43,683 nucleotides of DNA from Octopus bimaculoides (GCF_001194135.2 NC_068984.1:22794679-22838361), one strand, 5' to 3'. Shown: positions 25,316-36,432, counted from the stretch's first letter. Notes: generated by a model from the sequence alone, not told the origin. Program-made: numbers and translations.

Positions 25316-25575
25316 AGAGAGAGGGAAAGAGAGACAGAGACAGAGAGAGACAGGGAGAGAGAGAGACAGGGAGAGAGAGAGACAGGGAGAGAGAGAGACA
25401 GGGAGAGAGAGAGACAGGGAGAGAGAGAGACAGAGAGAGAGAGAGACAGGGAGAGAGAGAGACAGGGAGAGAGAGAGACAGAGAGAGAGAGAGACAGAGA
25501 GAGAGAGAGACAGGGAGAGAGAGAGACAGGGAGAGAGAGAGACAGGGAGAGAGAGAGACAGGGAGAGAGAGAGAG
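25316..25575. repeat. 14-bp-unit GA-rich minisatellite (GAGAGAGAGACAGG / GAGAGAGAGACAGA)n
   Basis: Direct reading; it produces the spurious ERERDRERERQ ORFs. Confidence 0.92.
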
Positions 25576-25984
25576 GTTCAAACAGGTTCCGCAAATATGT
25601 CACGATTTCGGTTAACCAAAATTATTTTTTCCTTTTTTCTTTTTTTTTTCTTTTTTTTTCTTTTTTCATAACCTTTGACATCTCACTCTGATAAATACTC
25701 AAGTTATTGAGTAGGTATAAATGTCTTGCAGTAGTTATCTTCGGTCCTATATTTTCGTGTCCTAATTCCGCCTGCGGTTCCCTTTGCATTTCATCCCATC
25801 TGCCCGATAAATAAGTACCATTAACTTTACACCTGTCTCTTATGAAATTTGATCTTAAATCTACTGCAAAAAGATTGCAATTAAACATCATTATAAACAG
25901 CAAGTCAAGTAGAAATCTAATTATGATGGAAGTCGAAGGAGTGTCCATGACCATATTATAATACCAATATCTATAAGGCAACAA

Positions 25985-26190
25985 GAAACCTCAACAGGAT
26001 CGCTTAAACCGCTAGAAATAGCAAGTATGTCTCTCTCAAATTATCGCACTCTCTCTCTCTTCATAAAGAAACAGCATGTTTGATCATGTAGTCCAGTGCC
26101 TGGTAATAAAATACGTTATTGTCACAGCTGGAATGTTTCAAGTATAGAACTGCCCGATTAGAGTTGAGCTGACGCTAAACAGCAATAACC
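25985..26190 (+). mobile_element. SINE-like family E, diverged
   Basis: gctagaaatagcaag...ctctcaaattatcgcac...gtcacagctggaatg...gctaaacagcaataac corresponds to the reverse complement of the copies at 37465-38345. Confidence 0.6.
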
Positions 26191-27158
26191 ATCAAGTTTG
26201 TACGGTTTCTTTTTTCGAGAATACAAAGAAATCAATGAACACATAAATATTGACTAGTTCAAGCACCTTTTGTGTTAATGATTTGCACAGTCTGTAGAAA
26301 ATACGTTTTGACAAGCAATAATTTGAAAATAATCTATTTAATAGATCTTCAGATCTTTATCCGACAGATTTAAGAAAGATATACTTGGAAATCTTCCAGC
26401 GTGTTAAATAAAAACAATGGAAGAATGTTTCCTACGGCCTAGAATGTGATATTTATTCAAATAACAAGAAACAATACTCATTTATATAAACAAAAAATGT
26501 TCTCCGGCAAAGCGACATGGTATCCTTTCCCAAAAGACTCAACGCAGTAAGTGTAGTATACTGGCTACAACTAGCAACTGAAACGGCAACACTAGTTAAA
26601 TGACGCTCATCTACTTAATCAAATATTGATCTGATTTCTGTAGGTGATTAAGTTCCAAGGGAAGGAGATGGTAAAGTTATGGCAGTCATGCCTTCTTCAA
26701 AGGTGGCTTATTTTGATAACGCTTAATATTGAAATATCTACGAGAAATAAGTCACATCAGGTCGCTCAGTTACTTCGCTCTCGTTTCGTGTCAAGTATGC
26801 ACAGATATAGTTGCGCGAATAATATTGAGATTTCAGTTAAATTCGGTAATTGTTTCTGTTTAGTTTAACCTTTCGCAATGTTGTTTGAATTAATAAGAAC
26901 ATATTTTTCATCATGTAGGTTTCTTATAGCGATATCCTTACTCTACAACTTTTGTTTAACGGTTTTGAAATATAACTAAATGTGTTTCTTTCCAGGCATC
27001 TGACGATGGAGTGTCAAATAAAAAAAAAAGAAAAACGAACGAATTTATCTGACAACTCAATAGTTCACTTCGCAACTACATGGCTTTGGATTCCATTTTG
27101 CTGTGAATGGCTTTCTGTAAATGATTCTAACATGCTTTCCAGTCGATCAAAGCCCTGT

Positions 27159-27543
27159 TGTTGTTGGCACTCCGCCGCTTACGACATCGAGGGTTCCAGT
27201 TGATCCGATCAAAGGAAGAGCCTGCTCGTGAAATTAACGTACAAGTGGCTGAGCACTCCACAGACACGTGTACCCTTAACGTAGTTCTCAGGGATATTCA
27301 GCGTGACACAGAGTGTGACAAGGCTGACCCTTTGAAATACAGGCACAACAGAAACAAGAAGTAAGAGTGAGAGAAAGTTGTGGTGAAAGAGTACAGCTGG
27401 GTTCGCCACCATCCCCTGCCGGAGCCTCGTGGAGCTTTAGCTGTTTTCGCTCAATAAACACTCACAACGCCCGGTCTGGGAATCGAAACTGCGATCCTGT
27501 GACCGCGAGTCCGCTGCCCTAACCACTTGGCCATTGCGCCTCC
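27159..27543 (-). mobile_element. SINE family D, complete, with (CAA)n tail and 11-bp TSD
   Basis: Minus head ggaggcgcaatggccaagtggttagggcagcggactcgcggtcacaggatcgcagtttcgattcccagaccggg (A and B boxes), tail ...ggagtgccaacaaca. Direct repeat CAAAGCCCTGT lies at 27148-27158 and 27544-27554. Confidence 0.93.
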
Positions 27544-28099
27544 CAAAGCCCTGTAAGTGAAACTGAATAGAGGGGAACAGCATGGAAACCAATCGAAGGA
27601 AACATGCTTGTTGTTCCACGGTAGACATAATTCATGACACAGCTTACCACGACATTTTGTCTCTTGGCGGACTATTATGGAGTTCAGTCTATTGCAAGCA
27701 TTTAGACGAGTGTTTCAGTCGGAGGTGAAATTTCGTCACTTATAACGTACTTGAAAACCCTAAAAAGAGTTATCTGTGCAGTAATTCCGTCTCTAATTAA
27801 AGCTTGACAATACAAAAAGATACGAAAACTAGTTAAGTACTGGGTCAAAACCAAATGATCTTCTTGCATAGATATATACATACATATGGAGTGTGCNNNN
27901 NNNNNNNNNNNNNNNNNNNNNNNNNNNNNNNNNNNNNNNNNNTATATATACACACACACACACACATATGAATCTGTGCGTATATATAAATTTTACAAAA
28001 GGCAAAAAGTAGAAATCAAACTCTGGATGAATTTTGTGATTTGGTATCCAATTATCCCTATAATTTACTCCTACCTTGAAAATTTAAAATAAATACATG

Positions 28100-28857
28100 T
28101 CTAGAAGAATGGAAAATCATTAATGATCACAGGAGGATCATAATATAATTATAAAAGAACCCGATAAAGGAAGTGCTGTAGTAATCATGGACTCAGAAAA
28201 ATACATAAACACTGCCTTAATCCTCCTTCAAGACAACAACTACTACGACAAAATCAACAACTACAGTCAATCGAAGATAATGGCAAAACTTACTACCCTT
28301 ATCTATCAGTTCTAAGAAGATTTAACGGAAAAAGAGAGAGATTACTTAAGATTAGACTGCAAAACTAGCAACATTTATGGGCTTCCCAAAATCCACAAAA
28401 GTGAAGCTATAAGCGAAACCTGTAGCAAATCAATATTAGTCACAAACATTCCACATCCGAGAGATCTCAAAATGAGACCATTGTGGCTAGTCCCTCGTGT
28501 GAGACACACAGCTTCAGTAACTTTATTGACGTCCTCCTAAAACCTACTCTCCAACACATACTGAGCTTTATAAGGGATGAACAGGACATTTTAAACCATT
28601 TCCTGAACAAAACCAGCAAGGACTCTCTTCCGGTTTCATTCGATGTAATAAACATCTACACTTCGATTCCTTACAAATACGGAATAGAAGCCATACAATT
28701 CTGGCAAGAAATATTCCCAAATGACATTCCTGGCCAAATCGGAAAAGGATTCATCATCGAAGGAATAAAATTCATCCTACAGAACAACTTCTTCAACTTC
28801 AACGAGAACACCTACAGACAAAAATCGGGCACTGCGATGGGAACAATATATAAATAT

Positions 28858-28895
<38 letters not shown>

Positions 28896-29228
28896 NNNNN
28901 NNNNNNNNNNNNNNNNNNNNNNNNNNNNNNNNNNNNNNNNNNNNNNNNNNNNNNNNNNNNNNNNNNNNNNNNNNNNNNNNNNNNNNNNNNNNNNNNNNNN
29001 NNNNNNNNNNNNNNNNNNNNNNNNNNNNNNNNNNNNNNNNNNNNNNNNNNNNNNNNNNNNNNNNNNNNNNNNNNNNNNNNNNNNNNNNNNNNNNNNNNNN
29101 NNNNNNNNNNNNNNNNNNNNNNNNNNNNNNNNNNNNNNNNNNNNNNNNNNNNNNNNNNNNNNNNNNNNNNNNNNNNNCCATCTTTGGGGGAGGGGGCACC
29201 AGTATGCTAACTCGAGTTTTTATTTCTT

Positions 29229-29294
<66 letters not shown>

Positions 29295-30250
29295 CAATAT
29301 ATAAATATACGAGTGCGCTAGACTGAAATTTCAGAAAGTACTCACCAACTGAAAACACTACCTGAATTACTTTCATTCTGAGGTCGCATAAACTTGAGCA
29401 GCTCTTAGAATTTAAAAACTTAATGAATAGCATTAAATACATTATCCAATTTAGAATGGAATACAGCCACACATAGCTACTCTTCTTAGACATCTTAATC
29501 ATAAAGCTATATACTGAAACTGAAACTGACATCTACTTTAAACCAACGGACTCAAAGTAATATCTTCTATTCTCTTCCAGGCACCCAAAACATACTAAAA
29601 TCAATATACCGTTCAAAGTAGCAAGAATTTGCACGATTGCATCAAATCACAAAACTCGAGATAAACAACTCCAAAAACTTAAAAACACATTACAAGAAAG
29701 AAAATACCCGGCTACTTTAATCAGAAACAGGATAAAACGTGCAAAAACGATAGACATTCACGAGTTACGGCAAACAAGAAAACCCTACGACTCTTAAAGC
29801 TTTATCTTACATATCAACATACAATCCGAGGAACATAGTAGCATACAACATCATCCACCAAAACATACCCCTCTTTATGAATGACCTGCGAGTGAAAAAC
29901 CGACTGAAAACACAGGGTTATTAAAAGCAAGAGACAACCGCAATCCCTAAAAAGGTTACTCACAAGCGCCAAATTATCCACCAAAAATACAACCCCACTA
30001 GTAAAAAAAAAATGCAACCGCCCTAACTGCAAGACTTGCATCTACTTCTTTGAAGGGGGGATCAACATATAAATTTAAATCAGGTCAACATTTTACTATA
30101 AAAAGTCACTTCACTTGTGCATCGAAGAACTTAATCAATGCTCTCAAAAGTGGTGGGTGCGATGGAAACTACATAGTTCAAACTAGTTTGACTTTGAGGG
30201 AAACTGACGGTACACAGATAACAAATTCCTAAGTGCCGAGTGGAAGTGGT
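28100..30250 (+). mobile_element. Penelope-like element (RT plus GIY-YIG endonuclease), pseudogenised
   Basis: IIIKEPDKGSAVVIMD; IYGLPKIHKS; MRP..SPSCETHSFSNFIDVLLKP; SFDVINIYTSIP; FILQNNFFNFNENTYRQKSGTAMGT; decayed YLDD (N*KHYLNY); LLFLDI..TDIYFKPT..YLLFSSRHPKHTKINIP; linker KKCNRPNCKTC; FTCASKNLINALKSGGCDGNYIVQT (decayed GIY-YIG). Several stops and frameshifts are present. Confidence 0.92.
28860..29293. mobile_element. Secondary insertion into the PLE RT, bounded by a 17-bp direct repeat
   Basis: ACAATATATAAATATAC occurs at 28843-28859 and 29294-29310. The insert is (TA)n, gap, about 55 unique nt, then (CA)n(TA)n. Confidence 0.65.
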
Positions 30251-30300
30251 TAGCAGAAATATGAATGTACACTATATTTAGTAAAGCAAATATATATATT

Positions 30301-30390
30301 ATCTTTTATATTTTATCTTTTACTTGTTTCAGTCTTTAGAGTACAGCAATACTGGGGCACCACCTTGAAGAATTTTTACTCGAATGAATA
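30301..30390 (-). mobile_element. SINE family A 3' tail
   Basis: Reverse complement: tcgagtaaaaattcttcaaggtggtgccccagtattgctgtactctaaagactgaaacaagtaaaagataaaa. Confidence 0.75.
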
Positions 30391-30404
30391 ATAATTTAAC
30401 TTCG

Positions 30405-30872
30405 CTAGTCCTACTGCGTAGCAACTTGGGCAAGTGTCTTCTACTATAGCCTCGGGTCGACTAAAGCCTTGTGAGTGGATTCGGTAGATGGAAACTGAAA
30501 GAAGGCCGTCGTATNNNNNNNNNNNNNNNNNNNNNNNNNNNNNNNNNNNNNNNNNNNNNNNNNNNNNNNNNNNNNNNNNNNNNNNNNNNNNNNNNNNNNN
30601 NNNNNNNNNNNNNNNNNNNNNNNNNNTATGTATGTATGTATGTATGTATGTATGTGTTTGTGTGTCTCTGTTTGTCTCTCCCCTCCCCAAACATCGCTTG
30701 AAAACCGATGCTGGTGTGTTTACGTCCCCGTAACCTAGCGGTTCGGCAAAAGACAACCGATAGAATAAGTGCTAGGCTTACAAAGAATAAGTCCTGAGTT
30801 CGATTTTCTCGACTAAAGGCCGTGCTCCAGCAAGGCCGCAGTCAAAAGACTGAAACAAATAAAAGAAAAGAA
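30405..30872 (+). mobile_element. SINE family A (5'-truncated; internal microsatellite falls in a gap)
   Basis: ctactgcgtagcaacttgggcaagtgtcttctactatagcctcgggtcgactaaagccttgtgagtggattcggtagatggaaactgaaagaagg...gaccgatagaataag-like...gactgaaacaaataaaagaaaag. Confidence 0.9.
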
Positions 30873-30941
30873 TAGCTGATAAACGAAACGGAAGATGGAT
30901 TTAGTATGAATCTTTATTCAGCATGACAATCGTTTCGACAC

Positions 30942-31256
30942 ATCCTGCATCTGTCTCATAAGATATTGTGCATCTTGCTGCGTTGCACCAATCAGTACAG
31001 GCTGTGCCACTTTAGGTGCTTGGTGTAGAAAAATATCTCGCTAGGTATATTGATATCTCCTAAGCATCACTGTCAACTATAGCCATCCCTATCGTCCAGT
31101 AACATTCTGCAAGTGTACCAACGTACAGCTAACCAGAACGACATGCTAAGGAGATCTCAGTATAACTAGTGGTATATTTTTCTACACCAAGCACCTGAAG
31201 TTGCATTGATTAATGCAACATAAGATGCACAATATCCTATGGGACAGCTGCAGGAT
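30942..31256. repeat. Fold-back element with ~120-bp imperfect inverted arms
   Basis: Left arm 30942-31067 reverse-complements to right arm 31143-31256. An example match is atatttttctacaccaagcacct(a/g)aagt and aagatgcacaatatc(t/c)tatg(a/g)gacag(a/c)tgcaggat. The spacer is 75 nt. Confidence 0.88.
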
Positions 31257-31301
31257 ATATATATGTTTGTGAGTGTAGAGAGAGAGAGAGAGAGAGAGGG
31301 A

Positions 31302-31497
31302 TGAGGGGGTGCTGAAAAGTTCCTGAAAGGCCTGGCTGGAGACCCAACCTTCCGAGTTCTTTTACAGGGCTTACAAAGACTGAAGGACCGCTGCAATAAA
31401 TGTGTGAATCTGAGAGGGGAACACGTTGAATAAAATCATAATAAAATCTCCTGTATTTTCTTTTACACAAGGCCATAAACTATCCAGGGCCCTCTCG
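31302..31497 (+). mobile_element. Mini-mariner (internally deleted)
   Basis: Left end tgagggggtgctgaaaagttcc versus the reverse complement of the right end cgagagggccctggatagtttatgg, followed by TA at 31498. 31362-31433 encodes LQGLQRLKDRCNKCVNLRGEHVE*, which fits the mariner C-terminal GxxxLxxRWxKCxxxxGxYxE pattern. Confidence 0.8.
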
Positions 31498-33085
31498 TAT
31501 ATATGTATGTAAGTATATATATATATATATATNNNNNNNNNNNNNNNNNNNNNNNNNNNNNNNNNNNNNNNNNNNNNNNNNNNNNNNNNNNNNNNNNNNN
31601 NNNNNNNNNNNNNNNNNNNNNNNNNNNNNNNNNNNNNNNNNNNNNNNNNNNNNNNNNNNNNNNNNNNNNNNNNNNNNNNNNNNNNNNNNNNNNNNNNNNN
31701 NNNNNNNNNNNNNNNNNNNNNNGGAGACAGAGATAATGTGTGCTTGAGTGCGTGCGTGTGATAATCTGCTCGCCAACTGATGAGTCTTATGGCTATTTCT
31801 GTTAAAAAATGTAACGTTTCGTTGAACGATAAAGGATAGTATTTGAACTTCTGTGCACTCAGATTACTGCTATTAGAGAAAGAGCAAAGTTGACCACGAC
31901 AGAATTTGTAAAGAGCCGTGACTAATTCCGTAAGTATCTTTTAACCATTTTACCAATCCACTACCGTCCAAACATGGTGAAGCCAGTTAACGAGCCTTTA
32001 ATACAAAATGTAAGCTGTTAAACTAAATACTGTACGACTATACGACTCTATCGTTCTTCGATATTTCTCATTTTCAGAATATTTGGAATATCAAACAAAA
32101 TGCATTGCAGTATCTAGTTATGGCTGCTTACATTCTCAGTTCAAATACCAGTTAAGTGCTAGGGTCGATATTATTGACTAAACTCATCCTACAAAATTGA
32201 AGCCTCTTGCCTATGTTCACAATCAATACTGAATCTGCTTTCTTTAGCAGAAACGTTAGAATATCGAACAGAATGTATACAGTTATTCAGTTCCGTCCTT
32301 TTGCGTTCTTAGAGCTATAGACGATTTAGGCGATTTAATCGAATATCCTAATCCTAACTTCAAAACTGTGGCCTTGTTCCTATATTATAAATCGTTATAT
32401 ATTAATAAATATTGACATATTTATTTTATGTGTTACAGTCTTGAGTTTTACTACTTAAACATTGTGCATTGTAATATTTCGTTATAGCATGGAGAAATAG
32501 AAACAAATGTAAAGAGACGAAGATGAAAAGACAGATACACAATGACAAACATAACTAACATAATACTTTAATTATAGTTTGCTGTTTTTCCTTTGTTGAG
32601 AAATATTGAGCTGAAACATCAGTGAGCAGTGTGAACTATACTGAGTAACTTTATAGTAATATCGTTGAAATAGAAATGTATTCGATTTTTTGTATATAAT
32701 TTACACTAACTTGTAACAGTGTAATCGTTTGGTTACAATAGAGATCCTATAGCTAGAAGAAATAAAGAGAAAGGAAACGTATGGGAACAGGGAACGGGAC
32801 AAGACATGGAGAAAGGAGTAAAAGGAAAAGCGGGGAGGGAAATGAGCTGAAAAAATTATTTGTTGAAATGAGAATTATACAGTGAAAGGAAAAGACAAGA
32901 GATGGTGTAAATGTATGGGAGACTGAAACGAATAAAATTTAGAGTGAATGGTTGTATATATTTTTACTATAACTGTTGGAATGTAATATTTAATGAATTT
33001 AAAACTAAGCAGATCTAACATGTGAATGCGTGTATGTGTATATGTATGCGATCAGTTTTCTACGTGTGTATGTAGATATATATAC

Positions 33086-33173
<88 letters not shown>

Positions 33174-33456
33174 TTATTGTATCTTTGAATAGAACAGTTA
33201 AGAGAGATGAGGTGAGAGAATACAGCTGTTTCACAATCGTGTTACTTATATATAACAGATATTACATCAATATTCGCACTTGTATAAAATATACATATAA
33301 ATATATGTGCGTGTGTACAGCCATATATACAAGGGTGTTGAGTGATAACTAACAGAATGATTCATGGCAGTCCAAAACAAGCTCTGCTATTCATTGCGAT
33401 GTACATAACTATACACACACGCATACAGATATGTATATGTATATTTGTATGTGAAT

Positions 33457-33786
33457 GCGCATGGTTCAGTAGTTAGCGCGTCGGGCTCACAGTCATGAGG
33501 TAGTGAGTTCGATTCCCGGACTGGGCTGAGTGTTGCGTTGCTTCAGCAAGACACTTTACTTCACGTTGCTCCAGTTCATTCAGCTGACGAAATCAGTTGC
33601 AACATCACTGGTGCCAATCTGTATCGGCTTTTGCCTTTCCCTGGATAACATCGGTGGCGTGGAGAGGAGAGGCTGGTATGCATGGGCCACTCCTGGTCTT
33701 TCATAAACAATCTTGCCCGGACTTGTGGTTCGGAAGGGAACTTTCTAGGTGCAATCCCATGGTCATTCATGACTAAAGAGGGTCCT

Positions 33787-33787
<1 letters not shown>
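33457..33787 (+). mobile_element. SINE family C, full length
   Basis: gcgcatggttcagtagttagcgcgtcgggctcac...gtgagttcgattcccggac (B box)...cagcaagacactttacttcacgttgctccagttcattca...ggtcattcatgactaaagagggtc. Confidence 0.9.
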
Positions 33788-33827
<40 letters not shown>

Positions 33828-34095
33828 NNNNNNNNNNNNNNNNNNNNNNNNNNNNNNNNNNNNNNNNNNNNNNNNNNNNNNNNNNNNNNNNNNNNNNNNN
33901 NNNNNNNNNNNNNNNNNNNNNNNNNNNNNNNNNNNNNNNNNNNNNNNNNNNNNNNNNNNNNNNNNNNNNNNNNNNNNNNNNNNNNNNNNNNNNNNNNNNN
34001 NNNNNNNNNNNNNNNNNNNNNNNNNNNNNNNNNNNNNNNNNNNNNNNNNNNNNNNNNNNNNNNNNNNNNNNNNNNNNNNNNNNNNNNNNNNNNNN

Positions 34096-34138
<43 letters not shown>

Positions 34139-34910
34139 TATACATATATCGTTGCTATTATGTTAAATTGTCATATGTCCAAATTTGGTCAAATTTGCCT
34201 TTTTCAATATATTTATTTTTGCTTGCAAAAGCCGGTTCTTTTGGTCAATCTATCGTATCTCCAGCTGCTTCAGATGAAAATTGTTAAACTGAACTACAAC
34301 GGTTTAGCACTTTTCAAAAGTGTTGTAAGTCCCACACACGACAGTTTTGCAAAAACATTTCTGACTGAAAATATCATACATGTATGGAGTTACGATTTTA
34401 TGCACCCAACAAAGTATTATTTTTAAGCTGAAGCTGTTGCTAATGTCAAAACAAATGGAATGGTGAAGCTATTTTTCGTTTTCTGAGAAGATGCCGGCTG
34501 CGACAACTCTCCGCAGCGGTCAAGAGACTGTAAAGCGGTACTATTTTCATGCACACCAACAATATAGAAAGAAATTGTTTACATTATTCTTTATTTAAAC
34601 CAAAGTGAAGCTTTGTTATATATATATTTGTTTAAGTTCTTTTGACTTATGCCGTTGTGCATAAACAGATATTGTTTAATTAATGGGGAACCGTCTGGGG
34701 CACAGTTGTGCACATTAGGCTATCCGTCGGTGTGATTATTTCTGAGTTATGCTGCTCTGTGCATACACGCATACACACTCGCACTCACGCACACACACAC
34801 AGACCGACAGACAAACAGACACACAAACACACACCAGACACACATATGTATATATATTTATATATAAGTAAATATATACATATTTATATATGTGTATATA
34901 TATTTATATT

Positions 34911-34944
<34 letters not shown>

Positions 34945-34970
34945 NNNNNNNNNNTTACGTTGAGACAGAG

Positions 34971-35001
<31 letters not shown>

Positions 35002-35005
35002 AATA

Positions 35006-35061
<56 letters not shown>

Positions 35062-35487
35062 ACAATCTTTGGAAAGTGTTATACAATAAAAAGACATGGA
35101 TTTCTTTGCAATTACAATTCAGAACAGCAAATAACTGACAAACAGAAATACAAATAGATAACAAGAATTCGAGAAATTCTGACTAAACTGAAAAGCTTTC
35201 GTGAAAGAGAAATATGTCTGTTAGACGAATATGAGTTGTAGAGGATAGCATATTCCATATATGAAAATTCTTTATGTTAACAAATATCAAACGGTCTTAT
35301 CTCACTGTAAATTAGTCGACTTCAGGATCGTAACGTATCTATGAAATACTAAACGATAATGTGAATAATAAAAGCGTAATTTTGATTTTTTTTTTTTTTA
35401 TTCGATATTCGATATGCAAGTTTTCTTAATGGCTGATCTTTTGGTCAATAAGCTCGAGAAAGAGACGTAACAGTGAGCACTATTCAA

Positions 35488-35697
35488 AATTGGTTTCACT
35501 TTCTAGCACAAGGCTAGCAGTCTCAAAGAAGGGGCCAAGCAGATTATATCAATCCCAGTACCCAACTGATACTTATTTTATCGACCCCAATAGGATGCAA
35601 ATCAAAGCCGACCTCGGGCCGGTCGATCTCAGAACATAAATATGGACGAAAGCATTTTATCCACTGTGTTAACGATTCTGCCATCTTGCCGCCTTAG
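35488..35697 (-). mobile_element. SINE family B
   Basis: Reverse complement starts aaggcggcaagatggcagaatcgttaacacag and ends cttgtgctagaaagtgaaaccaat. Confidence 0.8.
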
Positions 35698-35879
35698 TAA
35701 GCCCCTTTCAGTATTATAGAAGTTGATGTGATACATGAAATAGACAGGTTCGATACATATTCTATCACAAGCTTTGTCGACAACCTGTCAGTTCACCTAA
35801 ATAAATGTGAAAAGAGTTTAGCTAATGCATTGTAGATAGTGTATTAAACATGTGTGGACAACAACAATCTCCTGAAAGC

Positions 35880-36245
35880 ATATAGGAGAAATATAAATTG
35901 GTAGTTAAATACTAGAGACCATTCTTTCTGACTTTATGAATAAGCACGGTCTTGTGGGGAAATATTGGAGATTAGCTATAGTCTTTCTAGACAAATACTT
36001 ATTTCATGACAAGCATGGTTTCTTAGAGGTGTAGAAGATCCCTATGCAATATATATACTATCGATATTGGGTATTGAGGCATCTTTTTCGTTATTCCGAT
36101 ATGGATATGGTTTGCAGTGACAACACCAAATAACGTAATAAATCTGAACATGGAGTTCAATATAAACAAATTACGCAAAATCGACATTTTGGAAAAGTTG
36201 GTGGATTTGCTGCATAACCTTTTGAGAGTTAAAGCTAAGGCTGAC
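35880..36245 (+). mobile_element. Decayed CR1/L2-like LINE RT fragment
   Basis: KY*RPFFLT (NYRPISLT-like), HDKHGF (QHGF-like), DMDMVCSDNTK..KSEHG (DVIYLDFxKAFDKVDHG-like) and KLRKIDILEKLVDLLHNLLR (KLxxxGIxGKLxxWLxxFL-like) appear in the correct RT order. Confidence 0.45.
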
Positions 36246-36347
36246 ATAAATAACTCTGGCGTTGGTGGTGGCGGCGGCGCTGGCGGCGGCGCTGGCGGCG
36301 CAAACGGTGGTGGTGGTTCTTCGTCGTTCGACGATGAGGATTCATTT

Positions 36348-36432
36348 GCTAGATCAACTGAACTATCTGCTCCTGAATTAACGTATAACTGGCTGAGCAT
36401 TCCACAGACACGTGTGCCTTTAACGTAATTCT
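36348..36432 (-). mobile_element. SINE family D tail fragment
   Basis: ctgctcctgaattaacgtataactggctgagcattccacagacacgtgtgcctttaacgtaattctca matches 27220-27290. Confidence 0.8.

Noticed and set aside
25316-25575. Regular repeat array as a possible CRISPR
   Set aside because: No unique spacers, low complexity, no cas genes, and a eukaryotic context.
27470-27543. tRNA-like sequences (also at about 14382, 17085, 17328, 33457)
   Set aside because: They have A/B boxes but no complete acceptor stem or oligo-T terminator, and they continue into repeat bodies. They are SINE heads, not tRNA genes.
34385-34570. Two segments resembling mariner TIR ends (ttttatgcacccaacaaagta; ttttcatgcacaccaacaatata)
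   Set aside because: Same orientation, degenerate, and no transposase sequence between them; too weak to call.
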